Made by a program: the position numbers and the translations under genes. A model generated the notes under the pieces. The model had not been told where the DNA came from and did not search any database. It was given only the letters and a program-made list of their open reading frames with translations. A stretch of 64,000 nucleotides of DNA. Origin: Tubulanus polymorphus (Eukaryota; Animalia; Nemertea). Location of the stretch: contig NC_134031.1 of NCBI RefSeq assembly GCF_964204645.1, positions 11,906,088-11,970,087 on the forward strand, read 5' to 3'. This document shows, piece by piece, positions 24,613-37,199 of this stretch. Positions within the stretch are counted from its first letter, which is position 1, and each line of letters starts with the position of its first letter.

Positions 24613-27003
24613 TTAGGCCAGCCGTAGGCTGAGCCTATTACTATACAAATGGAGCGAATTTAAATGACATGGTTTCCACACAAAAGGCTCTTTTGCTTGC
24701 CAAGTGAGGGCATATTCGAACAAATCACGTATTTAAGCGTAATCCATTCTCGGAATCGTAGCGAGCAGAATTTTGAAATAGGGTCTCATAAAAATGTTTT
24801 CTGCTTTTTTCACGAAAGTTAAATCGGGAAAATTTCAATTTTTATCAGCCAATCAGGAAGTTGTGTCTTCCCTGTGATTGGTTTATCTGAAAATATCAGC
24901 AGCTGTTCACGTGAATTATCGCGATTTCATTACTGGCGCTTTTGCGCATGACGTCATGTATCAACACGCGACAATACTTCCGCGTTCGCTACGTGTTCGC
25001 TGATTGGCCCATTTACTGGGAAATTCCACAGAAGCCTAATGTGGTTTGTTACAAGCGCTGTGATTGGCCCGACCCGATTCTGGCATGGCTTTAGCTTAGT
25101 GGGTTCGAATCCCTTGACGCGTGAAGATGATGGATCCTATCAATATCTATTGAAACAAATAAGTTTCCCGGTTGGGCAGCCGCGGATATCTACCGGAAGT
25201 GTTCCGGTTCGATATTTCGAGGTTTCTTTGAATTTTGGAGTGATATTGAAATCCGGTAAATACCAACGGTAGATTGTGAAAACCCATTGCATGATATTTG
25301 TATTACTTAATCCACGAAAAGCGTCGGGGCCGCGCCAGGAGTTTTCGTGATTCAAGTAGCGCAATAGCCTACTTCTTCGTGTTCGTCCACCTCAATTTTC
25401 ATTCCGCCGATCTCTGACACGGCTCTGTCCCCGTCGGCGCTGTGATTGCACTTCTTTATTTCTTTTTTATTTCTATATCAGGGAGGTCTGGAGAATAAAA
25501 AAGTCAAAATTTGGATATCACATAGGCCTGATTTCATCGAATAAGTCGACCATGGTCGTTACGTTTCCGTACTTATTACCACCTAAAACCGTCTGAACAA
25601 TTTTGTCACAACCAACATTTCGTTTACAGAAATCAGGTGTTCACGTGAACCCGCGGTATCGTCTACTGTTTTACTTCCGGGTTTTATTTTAAGATTTAAA
25701 ATTGTATTTCAAGATCGATTTCTATGAAATCTTTAGTTGATTTGGTGTTTGAGAGGAATTTTTATTTGCTCTACAGAAAATTCATCCTTGACAATTGCGC
25801 AAGGTTCGCGAAAAAAAAGGTTTTACCAAATCGGGTGTATGACCTTGATATGCTAATTAGCCATGTGCCCATATTGCAAATTCAATCAAATTTTATTCTG
25901 CCAAAAAATGTTAAATACAATTCGCTTTCCGAGAGTTAATGGTATGCTGCATGGAACAAAGTTGTTTTGAGATGGGTCTTGAAGCTATTGAGGTCGAGAG
26001 ATAACCATCTAGATAGTTCGTGAGAGTTCCAAAGTTTTGAAGAGGCTTCAAGGTAATGTCTTGATATTTGGTTTATACGTGTATCTACCCTAGACACATC
26101 TTCAGGCCAAAAACTGGCCCTGTCAGATTCAAGATGGCCGACTGGCAGCCATTGTTATTCGCCAAAATCAGCACTTTTTACACATTTTTGAAGTTTTCGA
26201 GGGAAATTTTGAAGTCACTTTTATCAATAACCTTGATCATTTGTATATATTTGTATCCCCCACGGGCCCATCGGCATGAGAACAATTGGGTCGATCGGAC
26301 TCAAGATGGCCGTCCTGTGACCTTTTTTGTTCCCAAAAATGTCAATTTTGGTCTGAATTCTGAGTACTGTAGCTTTCTAATGGTGTGCCATTTTTCATTG
26401 CAATTTGTAATGGGTATTCTTTGGAAAGGGATCTTTTATATCCGAGAGGGTATTTTTGACCAGGCAATTATGACACAATTGGGGGGCCATCTTGGGGTCA
26501 TCAGTACTCATTCGTAGGTGGAAAAAAAGTTTTTCCACATCATATTGATACTTAAGCATATTTTGCTACCATAATCAATTGGAAAGTTGTAGCTCATGAC
26601 ATGTTCTATGATCGAGGTGAGTTTCAAGCTCATTGGTTTTTGTTTATGGCCACCAGGGGGCGTTGAACAATACAATAACTTAGTATTTCTATATTACATT
26701 CGTACCTATGCATATTTTGCTACCACAATCAATTGGAAAGATGTAGCGCATGACATGGTCTATGATCTTGGTGAGTTTCAAGCTCATTGGTTTTTGTATA
26801 TGGCCACCAGGGGGCGTTGAACAATACAATAACTTCGTATTTCTATATTACATTCGTTCCTGCTGTCTGTGTTAACACACGATTTTACTATGTAAATGAT
26901 ATTGAGCAGGGAGTGTATATTGATAAATATAACCAACAGATTACATCATTTATAAAAAGCAAATCTGACAGGCTGGCCATTGTGCCCCTTGGGGCTCTTG
27001 TTT
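24613..27003 (+). mobile_element. Helentron-type non-autonomous element inserted at TT in a Polinton intergenic region
   Basis: Subterminal repeat ggccagcc/ggctggcc; 3' hairpin gcccc-tt-ggggc; 26035-26860 is homologous to 10855-11950; flanks rejoin to a normal Polinton gene-start motif. Confidence 0.7.
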
Positions 27004-27021
27004 AGTAAAATAATTACGCAT

Positions 27022-27243
27022 TTATATGGGAGGAATATATTTTTGTTTTTCTAAATAATCAATAGTTAAATTAGATAAAGTAATTGCTAATGTTAATTTT
27101 AAAATATCATTTATATCAAATCTATCAACATTAACACTTCCCATTTTGAATACTTTCTTTAATTCCATTGAATAACCAACAGTTCCAACTGATAGTAATG
27201 CGCCATTATATAATCCAGTTATTATCCACTTATTATCACTCAT
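27022..27243 (-). CDS. Small hydrophobic Polinton protein (73 aa)
   Basis: Intact ORF with TAAATG start; degraded paralog at ~6349-6520. Confidence 0.6.
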   Translation of the reverse strand: MSDNKWIITGLYNGALLSVGTVGYSMELKKVFKMGSVNVDRFDINDILKLTLAITLSNLTIDYLEKQKYIPPI

Positions 27244-27600
27244 TTATTTATCAAAAAAATTACTATCATCAAAATATTTAGTTATCTTATTTACAATTAA
27301 TTCAACATTTATTTCATTACTAGTTTCATTTGTATATATTTCAATTATTATTTTTTTAATATCATCGATGATAAAAACTTCATCTAATTCATAAAATCTT
27401 AAAGATTCTCTAATTAAATTAGTAATCTTTTCTACATTTAAAGTTTCTTTATCTATTGTTGTTTCATACTCAAATGTTGTTTCATTAGAAAATGCAATAT
27501 TTTTGATATGTGTAATTACATCATTAACGTTAAATTTCATTTCTTTCTCACGTTTAAAATCAAATCCAAAACATATGCTCGGCCCAACAGTTATATTCAT
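27244..27600 (-). CDS. Polinton hypothetical protein (118 aa)
   Basis: Intact ORF; paralog at 6041-6352. Confidence 0.65.
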   Translation of the reverse strand: MNITVGPSICFGFDFKREKEMKFNVNDVITHIKNIAFSNETTFEYETTIDKETLNVEKITNLIRESLRFYELDEVFIIDDIKKIIIEIYTNETSNEINVELIVNKITKYFDDSNFFDK

Positions 27601-27616
27601 TTATATAATGAAAAAA

Positions 27617-28371
27617 TTACTCTCTACATCTTATAACTAATTCATAAATTACAGGAAAGTTATTCAAATCAATTAAATATCCATTGTGATTTCTTATTTC
27701 TAATTGAAAATTATTAAATTGAGGAATGCAAGGTTTAAATCACATTCTGTTAAATTATAATTTATTTGAGTTCCAAATTGTTTAACATTTTATAGCGGTA
27801 AAATATTTAGTATACTAGAACTACAAATTGTTTCTTTAGTTGCTTTGAAAGTTTTTTTAGGCTCGATTAAATTGCAATAAATATAAAAGTGTGTAAAAGG
27901 TATTATATTTGAGCTGCCTTCTGCGTTTCCAGTAACTGTAAGAGGTTTAATTCCTAACATTTTAGCCAGTGGTTTGTTTACCATAAATTTATGTTGTTCA
28001 TTAGATATCTTTATTCTTATTTTATTAGTACTATCAATTTTATTAAATTAAATTTCAAATACAGAAGTGCCCCCGATTTTCAACCGAGCTCTTCTATTAA
28101 TTTCCTGCGCTTATGATTCTAAATTATATAATCCTGGTTTTAAAAATATATGAAACCATTTATCTTTATTTCTCATATAAATCATAAACCCTCTATGTTC
28201 AAAAGTTTTATCCGATATATTATAAAAAGAATTACATAAACTTATATTAACTAATTTTAAAACTACACAATTCTCGAATTCTCTATCTAATTGTACTAGT
28301 AAATTATGAGATTTATAATTTGTAAGCCTTCTAGAATCAACAAATATTCTGTATTCTTTTAATTCTACCAT
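27617..28371 (-). pseudogene. Minor capsid (penton-like) protein, disrupted
   Basis: IFVDSR...NSFYNIS...YIYCNLI...SILNILPL...IDLNNFPVIYEL pattern of Polinton single jelly-roll proteins. Confidence 0.7.
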
Positions 28372-28388
28372 TTATTTTACATATTTTC

Positions 28389-28742
28389 TTATTCGAAATC
28401 TATTTCATGGTGCCCTTTTTCAGTCTTACCTTTGTATACGAAATAGAAATCACCAGAACATAATTCTTCTAGATCTTCACTTGATAATCTATGAAATCTA
28501 TCCGGTAAATATGTTCTGAATTTATATGTATTTCCTTTTAATCCTTCATGTTCTAAGTGTATAACTAATTTATCTCCATATTTGTTAGTTACTGTATCAA
28601 TATTTGTAATTAGATATTTCTTATGGATTATTAATTCTTTTAACTTCTTAAATTTATAATCTACTGATTTGACATTTGAAGTATCTTTTATTCTATCTAG
28701 AAATAATTTGTTGTTCTCACTGTGTGCTTGTTTACTCTCCAT
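28389..28742 (-). CDS. Small Polinton protein next to pPolB, possibly an OB-fold ssDNA-binding protein
   Basis: Intact 117 aa; TNKYGDKLVIHL...TYLPDRF; function inferred only from pattern and position. Confidence 0.5.
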   Translation of the reverse strand: MESKQAHSENNKLFLDRIKDTSNVKSVDYKFKKLKELIIHKKYLITNIDTVTNKYGDKLVIHLEHEGLKGNTYKFRTYLPDRFHRLSSEDLEELCSGDFYFVYKGKTEKGHHEIDFE

Positions 28743-28771
28743 TTATAATATATATTTTTATTAAAATTTGA

Positions 28772-31700
28772 TTAACACGTTAGAATTCTTTTCATTATCT
28801 CGTTCTCTTTTGTTTCTTCTCTTTTAAATTTTAAGTATTCATCTAAATTACAACCATAAGCAACTGTATGAATTCCATCATCTAAAATATATCGTTTATC
28901 ATCAAATGGGTTTAGACTTATCTTTTCAATTTCTTCAATAAACATTTCATGATCTTCAGATCTTAAACATCTCATCTTATGTTTTCTAACTTCTTCATTG
29001 AATATACAATTGATGTAATCTTTGAAATGAATATTCTTTTCTACTACACTTTTGGTTATTCCTTTTAACTTTTTAGCTTCATGTTCTTTAGTTTTATATG
29101 AATACATTTTAGATCTAATACCGATGAATTCAATCATTTCTTCACCACCTAATTCATCTTTGAATTTACCGGGAACTTTTTTATTATCATTGCTAAACAA
29201 TTCATGATCTTTAGGATAGTTACTAAAATCAAAATGATGTTTTAATGTTTTTAAATCATCTGTTATGTTATCAGTTTTTATCTTTAATATGTAAGAATCT
29301 GTATCAAAGTATAGAATTTCTATTTCAAAGTATAGAATGTTTTTCTCCAAAAAGTGGTTGTAATACATTATAATAGAATTCATACATTAGTTATTTTGAT
29401 AATTCTAAAACTGAAGCGCCAACATAGATTGGTTTATTAAATTTTATTGATGTTCTTCTCATTTTAACTGCAGCTAAATTTTCATCAAATATTCTGTTAC
29501 CTATAAATTTAGGATATGTTTGTAAATGCCTTATCCTTTTGCCATTACTTACTAACTCAATATCATTTCTATTTCTAATATTTTCACAAGTCTAACCATA
29601 GAATGCATTATTCATTAACTTGAAGAAATCTTTCTCAAAATCAGTTTTAGCTTCAGTTCTCTGTTTGGTGTTAAAATCTATATATTTTTCTAACCACTTA
29701 GATTGACTGAATGAAATATCTATGTACTTTTTTTAGAACCATTCCTTGTTTTAGATGAAACTTTAACATTCTATTATGTACTACATAATTATATTTATCT
29801 TCTTCAGTTACCATTAACTTTTCTGTATGAATATGATTTTCAGGTTTAATTCTTTTTTGATAATTTGATAATTCTTCATGAGTTACAGTTTTATGTTCGG
29901 GACAGTAAGCTAGATTTCTAGATTTAGATTTAATATGTTCAGGATATTCCAAGTCTACAAAAAAAGTAACCAGTATCTGAATCATCTGCAATATCTAGGA
30001 TTCTTTTCTTCCAATCAAATTTATCATTATTTTCACGTTGTAAAACTTCACTTATTTCAAATACTCCATAAGGTTGTGGTTCCATCATTGCCCAACCATA
30101 CAAATTATTTGCATCTATATATAATAACTTATATCCAGGGTTATCATTTACATTGAAATATCTATCACCTAATACACCTGAAACTCCTCCTCTTATAGAT
30201 TTTTCAAATAATAATAATTGATCTATACTTGTTAACAAATCCATTTTTATATCTGTAAATTTTAATCCACAATCCCATGTTAATCCTGGTGATGAATAAC
30301 AATGACATGGATCAATATTAAAATATTTTAGGTTTACATCTCTAAACCTTTCGAATATATCGGTTAATAATAATACATCTGATTTTAAATATAAATCTAC
30401 TAATTGCCCATGATTTTCTATTTTGAAATGATTCCAAATATTCAATGTTCTATTATATACTTCATCTTTAACATATTCATTTTTTAATTCATCATAGAAT
30501 TGTTCTTTCAATAATTCAGTTATGTTAAAATCATTATGATTTTTATAGAAAGAATATGGAATTGCGCCTTTATATCTCATTAATTGAAAATCATCATTAT
30601 TTGGGTAGTGTTGCTTAAATATTTTTAATTCATCATCAACTAATGATTTTGATAAGTTATCTAATGAACTATTTAAAAATCTATATGAATCTATAAATCT
30701 TAGGCAACCAAATTGGAATGATATATAATTCTCAGATGTTTTAGCTAACATTCTAAATTTATAAGCTGGTATTTTATCTTTTGATCTATTTGAATTTAAT
30801 CTTTCTATTTCGTTATTTATTTCTTCTATTTTATGGCATAACTGTTTGATGAATAAATGTGCATCATATCCTGATAGATTATGAAATATAACTGGTACAA
30901 AATTAATTTTCTTAGCTTGTAAGTTACAATTCTCATGTGCAGCGCTACTAAACTTTCCGTTCAAATGATCATGGTCTCTTACTTTTTTATCTTTATAATT
31001 AAATATCTTTTCACAATAATAACATTTACCTGTAAACACAAATGCTTCTTTATCTTCTTCTGTCATTATAATTTCTTTATTTGTATTCAATAATTTACTA
31101 AATCTTATTTCATATTCAATTAATAAGTCACAAAAATGATTGATAACATTTTCATTTCTATAATGATAATATTCACTTTCAATTAGTTCTGGATAATCAG
31201 ATTTAATATATAATCCAAAAGCAGCAGCTGATTGATGAATCTTTTTAATAGTATTTGTTTTTGGTGGTTCATCTGAAAAATCATTTTCATTAGAATTTAA
31301 TTTCTTTCTTTTATAATATATTTCTTTTCTATCTTGATCAGTAAATTCTTTATTTAATGATTCAAAATCTCCATATATAACAAATGGTACTTTATTTTTG
31401 TAATCATATTTTTTGAATTCTAATATTTTATCTTTTTCATTTGGTAAAACTAATTTACAATAATCATGATTTTCACATAATTGTTTATGATTTAATAATG
31501 TACTTTCATTACTGAATCTATGTAAACATTTTCTACAAAGATATATTTTATGGTGATCATTTTCTGATTTAAAAAATAAATCGATTTGTTTAATCCACAT
31601 ATAATGATTCTCATAATATAATATATTATCTATAACATCGTTTGAATCATAATCTTTTGATAGGTATAAAGGTTCTACGGTATAATGTTTTATATTGTTA

Positions 31701-32800
31701 CCTTTTGTATTTGGTAATTTGATTAAATCAAATACATTTATCTTTATATTATTATCTCTTTCTATCTTTGGGACGTTTTTAATTCTAACAGGATACTTAT
31801 CTAACTTATAATTATTTTCAAATGGTTTATAGTGAGTTAATCTACAAATATTATAAGTTGCAGGATGTAAACAACTTATTATAGCCCATAGAAAACATTT
31901 ATCATCTTCAATTTGTACATTTATTACAGCATTAGTTTTAAATGGTAGTTTAATATAACTTGATGCTTCAATATCTGATTCTTTATAATATGATACATTA
32001 TTTTCATCAATTGGTTTTGATTTAGTTAACTTATTATATTTTGTGTTATAAACATGTAAAGTCATAAATATTATTTCATCAAATATTAAACCAGATCCTT
32101 CAAAATATTTCTCTTCTATTTTAGTTTTTACTTCATTATAACATTTATCTAATTTATCATCCATATGTTGTTTATATATAATATGTTGTGAATGAGAATT
32201 TATATTATATATTGGTTTATCTTCAGATTTTATAAACTTTACTTTAACTGATATACTAATTTTAGGATATTCAACATCAGTTATTATTTTCATTATTTCT
32301 TTCATATTTTCTTAATGTTTTTTATTTTCTTCTAACGTTTTTCCTTTATGAAATTTAAACTCGATAGCTGCTGGACCAATATCACTTTTAAATGCTTCGG
32401 TTATCTCTATATCTTTTTTATTATCCAATAAATTAATATATTTTCTTACATCTTCCATATATGGTCTTTTATTGTTTAATTTATTTTTTATGCTTTTAAT
32501 TGTCTTCTGTTTCTTATCATTATCTTTATCAAGATAATCATTATTCTTATTTCTAATATGACTTTTAGATTTTAAATGTTCATTATAATATCTTTTATCA
32601 CTGAATGATTGATTACATGTATCACATTTGTATATTTCTTTTTCATTCTTTAATTCATCTAATTTAGTTTCTAATATATCATCTTTATATTCTAGTTTCA
32701 ATTTATTCTCTAAATGTGTTTTAGTTTTATTGTGTCTTGATTTTTGGGATTTATCTATATTGATATTACATGTTGGACAGTAGTACTTATTTGCTTCCAT
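28772..32800 (-). pseudogene. pPolB: Protein-primed family B DNA polymerase with N-terminal C2H2 fingers and an endonuclease VII-like insert; several frameshifts
   Basis: Exonuclease YGDFES, FHNLSGYDAH, YLKSDV; polymerase YIDANNLYGWAM, KLMNNAFY, YFDTDS, RSKMY; VRDHDHLNG...HENCN. Confidence 0.95.
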
Positions 32801-33479
32801 TTTAATACTAAATTTTTTATTAAAATTGATTTTAGAAGTTCAATGATTTATATCATGTATTATTTCAATCACACTTTACTAACACTTTTAATGTTTAAAA
32901 ATCTAACTCATACAAATATAAATATTGAAATAATGTTGTAAATATATCTATATATCTATTCTATAAGAGCTCACACTTTTATATTGAATAATCTATCAAT
33001 TTAAATGTTATTCATGTATATGATTATTTTAAGAGTAATAGGGGTAATGGGCTTTCAGGTTAAAGGTTCAATGGTCGAGCTCATTTAAAACAAATATTAA
33101 AAGTAATTTAAAACTATAATATATTTTCATAACCGTGTGTATTTCAGTTGAATAATAGAATAATTATTATTATTAAAATATATTTGATTATATGAATTTG
33201 TGTATTGTAAATAAATCAATTGGTCGCGGAGCGGAGCGGTAGCGAAGTGGAGCGACCAATTGATTTAATACAATATGCATTTAAAATTTAAATTATTGAT
33301 ATCTTAGAATAAATATTTAGTTATAATATAAAAAGCACACGGTTATGAAAATATATTATAGTTTTGAATTACTTTTAATGTTTTGTTTTTTAATGAGCTC
33401 GACCGTTCGACCTTTGATTTGAAAGCCCATTACCCCTATTACTGAGGGAGAGGGAGAAAGGGAGATTTGATTAATAAAC

Positions 33480-34170
33480 AAAGAGCCTTGGTTTTCCCAC
33501 AGACAGTTAAAAATTGAAGTGACAGAGAGGCAGCAATAGACTTACCCCAGCTGGGAGGTTGATTTGACATGAAGGTATGAAGGTTCGTGAAGTTCGCTGT
33601 AACGAGGTTCCACTGTAGTTCCAGTAACGTGAAATTGTTGGAATGATTCTGATGAGAAGTGGAAATTGGACTAGTTCACCTCTAACTGCGGCATTTGACG
33701 ATTGTTTTTTTTTACTCTGCAAACCTCAACATCAACCTTCTATCTGGGATTGATTCACAAACATTATGCAAATTGGTTGAGCTGACGCCATCCAAATAGC
33801 TGACACCCAAACTTCAGCACAATATAACATGATAGGTGCAATAAGATTAAAAGTTTGTAGGCGATAGTGATATTGTTTCTAACATTGATGGACGTTAAAA
33901 TTCAAACATAGCCTTTTTTGCATGATCTAGAAGCCGTTAAAAAGCATTATTAAATTTACGAGGCAGAAAATAATATACCCAAGTAGCAATAGTTACGGAC
34001 AATTTCAATCACCAAACCATCATAGTAAAAAGTGTGATATTAAGGAGATTTCCTCCTTTATTAAAAATTACAATCTTAGTTTTATTCAAGTTCACTGTAA
34101 ATCCCCATTTTCTACAGTAGGTGTCAAGATTGCCTAGAGCCTTCTGAAGACGCTGACTTAGAGATAAGGA
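33480..34170 (-). pseudogene. Decayed LINE RT 3' fragment
   Basis: LQKALGNLDTYCRKWGFTVNLNKTKIVIFNK. Confidence 0.7.
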
Positions 34171-34356
34171 CGAGTTATTAAAAGCCAAAGGTTGCATGTA
34201 GAAATAGGTTAAAGAGGAGAGGATGAGGATCGCAACTGGACCTTTGGGATGCGATGTGCTAAAAACAACTGGAAGTTATTCCTATTGTTTTCAACTTCTA
34301 TTCATCTATGCCCTCAGTTCTGCCTTGTTTCCTTCTCCATAGCAGGGGTAGTCTAG

Positions 34357-34420
34357 AGTACATAAGATCGATCTACGAGCAAGATCATCTTAATTGCTCG
34401 TAGATCGATCTTATGTATTC
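34357..34420. repeat. Short near-perfect hairpin (collapsed MITE-like); a second small inverted-repeat element lies at ~34650-34750
   Basis: tacataagatcgatctacgagcaa ... ttgctcgtagatcgatcttatgta. Confidence 0.6.
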
Positions 34421-35498
34421 TGATAAGATGAACGTCTGGTTAAATTTTTTTAGTAAGCAGGTGCGGATCCAATGGGGCTTCAGCCGACCCGGACTCTATT
34501 TTTGATCGGCTTACTTTCTCGCATGTGGGAAGCATATGGGAATGTTACTAAAATGACTGTGAGCATCATTTAACCTTGGATGATTACTCTAAGATTTAAC
34601 ACAGTACAGTGTAACAGTGTACTTTATAGTAGTACCCGCAACCTGGACCCGGTTCCACAGTTGTGAGTTAGAGTTAACTCTGAGTTAAAATTGGTTCATT
34701 TTCAATGTGTTAACTCAGGGTCAAATCTTAACTCCGAACTGTGGAACTGCAGCCTGGTTTTTATGATACTGCCACCAAACGTATATCATCTGAAAGCCAC
34801 ACGTCCTTTTCTGTTGAAAACCGTTTTAACTTATGTTCTTTCTTGATTAGTTTACAAGATATCGGCTGATAAACCTTAGCCTGTAACGGCTGCCATTATG
34901 CCTCTGATACAAAAATGTATGTGAGTTGAAAAGTTTATAAACAGTTGGCAATTTTCAGAATCATTTTAAGTGTGGTATCCATCGAAAACCGAAAACATCG
35001 GGAACATTAATCAATATTAAATAAGTAATTAATTAATGAATAATTAATCAATTTTCTCTATTCCAACATCTATCAGGATTGGGACCATCAGTTATACTTT
35101 GTTCTTTTTGAATGTCCTTGATTTCTTTTTTTGATTCATTTTTAATGTTCACCCGGACGTTATGAAATGGGGTATAGCTTTACGACCAGTCAGTCCACAG
35201 TACAAACCTCAAACCTCCATTCAGACTAATTTTCATCGTCATCTCAAAAGGCTAGGTCGAATCTTCATTAAGGTGGTGGGACCTGGTTTAGAAATTCAAC
35301 TTTTCCAGTGGGTAAAAAGCTGCCCGTCGTGTAACAAAGGACAGTTTTTAGCTCGGTATACTATTTGATAATCGTCCTTGAATCCTCAAAATTGTTGTCT
35401 CAGAATTTCTAATAATTCATAGAATTGAAAAATTTATCGATTATCTTCATCACATTTTATTGAATTACTAATTAAAGTATATGTTACATATTACAATT

Positions 35499-36686
35499 TC
35501 ATCTCATAAAGTTACGATCTTGAATCGTTTCGATCACTGCAATAACTGCTCGGAAAAGTTGCAGTGCATCATCGGGTGACGTAGGAAGAGGAAGTTGATT
35601 ATTCTGTGCTCGACAAGCACGGCGAATGAAGTCTAAGAATTCAGTGCTACACCCTCTTTCAGGATATTCGTCAACGTATTCTCCAAATACTTCATCTAGG
35701 TCATCAACACGACACGATAAAGGGAAAGAGTGATCGACGGCCCCAAATAACTCACACGATTCGTATGCAATATTGGGAATGAAACCCCCTTCCCCATTTC
35801 GTTGCTGCCTTATTCGGTGCGAATTCCACATGGTCCTGTACGTGTCTAGGTGTCGTTGAATTACAGGCAGGAAACAGAATCGGAGACATTGTACATGTAT
35901 GGCATCGGCGTCATGAAATATGCCCGTGTCCCTCATGTCCAGGAAGATATTTCGCCAGAAGTCAGTGAAGTTTAATCTAAGTCGTGACCAGAAACTTTCA
36001 ATTCGTTGGTTAGCAGTCGATCTACCATACATAAAGCTATTCATCCCACACATAAGGTCGCCATGAGAGAATCTTACAATTTGCATGTCCCTCAAAATAG
36101 CATTTTCTGTCCCTCGGTCACATCTTAGCAGTCTCGGTACTCGCCCTATTTTTTTCAAGAAATCCAGGTAAAATTGCGCTATGTATCGGGGGTTATTGTT
36201 AGACGGTCCACATTTGAGCCAAAGAAGCTTTCGAGAATAACCATCTATTGCAGCGTGGATGGCAATACCGAAAGGTTTTAGCTTATCGTAGCCATCGATG
36301 TGAATGAGAAAATTTGGACCTTGACTGATATATTGTCTCTTCCGGAAGCGACGGTGTCGACGGAGAGAAACACCGTCGGGATCAATTGCTTCAAGGAATT
36401 GTCGGACGGTATCTTGGGAGACTCGGACACCATGCACCACATTGAGGAGCCTCCAAATGCTCCTGTAACCGTAATTTAAATAACCAGATTGATGTAGTTC
36501 CAAAATAAGTCTGATTAACTGAATATGATCTTCTGCCCGCCGAATCCTCAATCCTAGTCTCCTCTTAATGCGTTTTATTGTCCGTTCACTAATGAGTATA
36601 CCGTGATTGGTTACCAAAGAGGCTTGAATTTCTGTCACGGTGTACATTCTTTCAAAATAATGACGGACTAAGACATCTATATCCAT
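35499..36686 (-). CDS. Intact intronless DDE transposase (integrase-core type, IS3EU-like)
   Basis: N-terminal HTH-like region; HIDGYDKLKPFGIAIHAAIDGYSR, RCDRGTEN, NQRIESFW (D, D, E); TIR of the TAY...RTA family upstream, ending at 37532. Confidence 0.8.
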   Translation of the reverse strand: MDIDVLVRHYFERMYTVTEIQASLVTNHGILISERTIKRIKRRLGLRIRRAEDHIQLIRLILELHQSGYLNYGYRSIWRLLNVVHGVRVSQDTVRQFLEAIDPDGVSLRRHRRFRKRQYISQGPNFLIHIDGYDKLKPFGIAIHAAIDGYSRKLLWLKCGPSNNNPRYIAQFYLDFLKKIGRVPRLLRCDRGTENAILRDMQIVRFSHGDLMCGMNSFMYGRSTANQRIESFWSRLRLNFTDFWRNIFLDMRDTGIFHDADAIHVQCLRFCFLPVIQRHLDTYRTMWNSHRIRQQRNGEGGFIPNIAYESCELFGAVDHSFPLSCRVDDLDEVFGEYVDEYPERGCSTEFLDFIRRACRAQNNQLPLPTSPDDALQLFRAVIAVIETIQDRNFMR

Positions 36687-37199
36687 CTCCTGAAATGATA
36701 ATTACATGAGATAAAACGTGAGAACAAAACGTGTCAATAAAAACGTAAGGCCTGCTTGTAAACATTCAGGTGCAACGTGGACGCCCTGTAATTTTTTTTT
36801 ATATTTCGGAAGGGGAGGGGTGAATTTTCTTAAAAGGGCCATATAGACTAATTTTGTAACATATCTATGTACTGAAATGGCACAATGAGCCTTCGCCTGT
36901 GCACCATAGTGCTTGCTGATACGTCCATTTAGTTGGACTGAAAGATTCCAGCGTGCATATCAGTATGTACTTACTGGGACACACAAACGATTCCTTGGAC
37001 CTGTGTATGTCAGCGGCACTGGTAACGGTGGTAGGCCTGCATCGGTTGCATGTACAAATTAGGACACTTTTCGCGACGTCAAAACAAGTCGATGTATCTG
37101 CATCGACTTGTCGGTGTATCCTCGCTAGTCGACAAAATTTTGTCGAGTTGTCGAGAAGGCTATCGCGATCTGACGACATGATTTCGGTGACACGGCTTC

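Larger units (their letters stand above)
13042..33443 (-). mobile_element. Near-complete, decayed Polinton/Maverick (endogenous adintovirus-like element)
   Basis: ~390-bp TIR (13042-13428 vs 32854-33248); right terminus ...cccctattact; pPolB, MCP, minor capsid, ATPase and integrase remnant present. Confidence 0.93.

Noticed and set aside
25085-25120. Possible tRNA gene (GGTTCGAATCCC; similar at ~14645)
   Set aside because: Isolated B-box-like motif; no cloverleaf could be built.
13042-33443. Active, intact endogenous virus
   Set aside because: pPolB, ATPase and capsid genes carry stops or frameshifts, the integrase core is deleted, and the left terminus and TSD are missing.
35499-36686. Bacterial IS3/IS481 contamination or recent horizontal transfer
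   Set aside because: Cognate MITEs are dispersed through the window and a spliceosomal-intron-containing relative lies adjacent, indicating a resident eukaryotic family.
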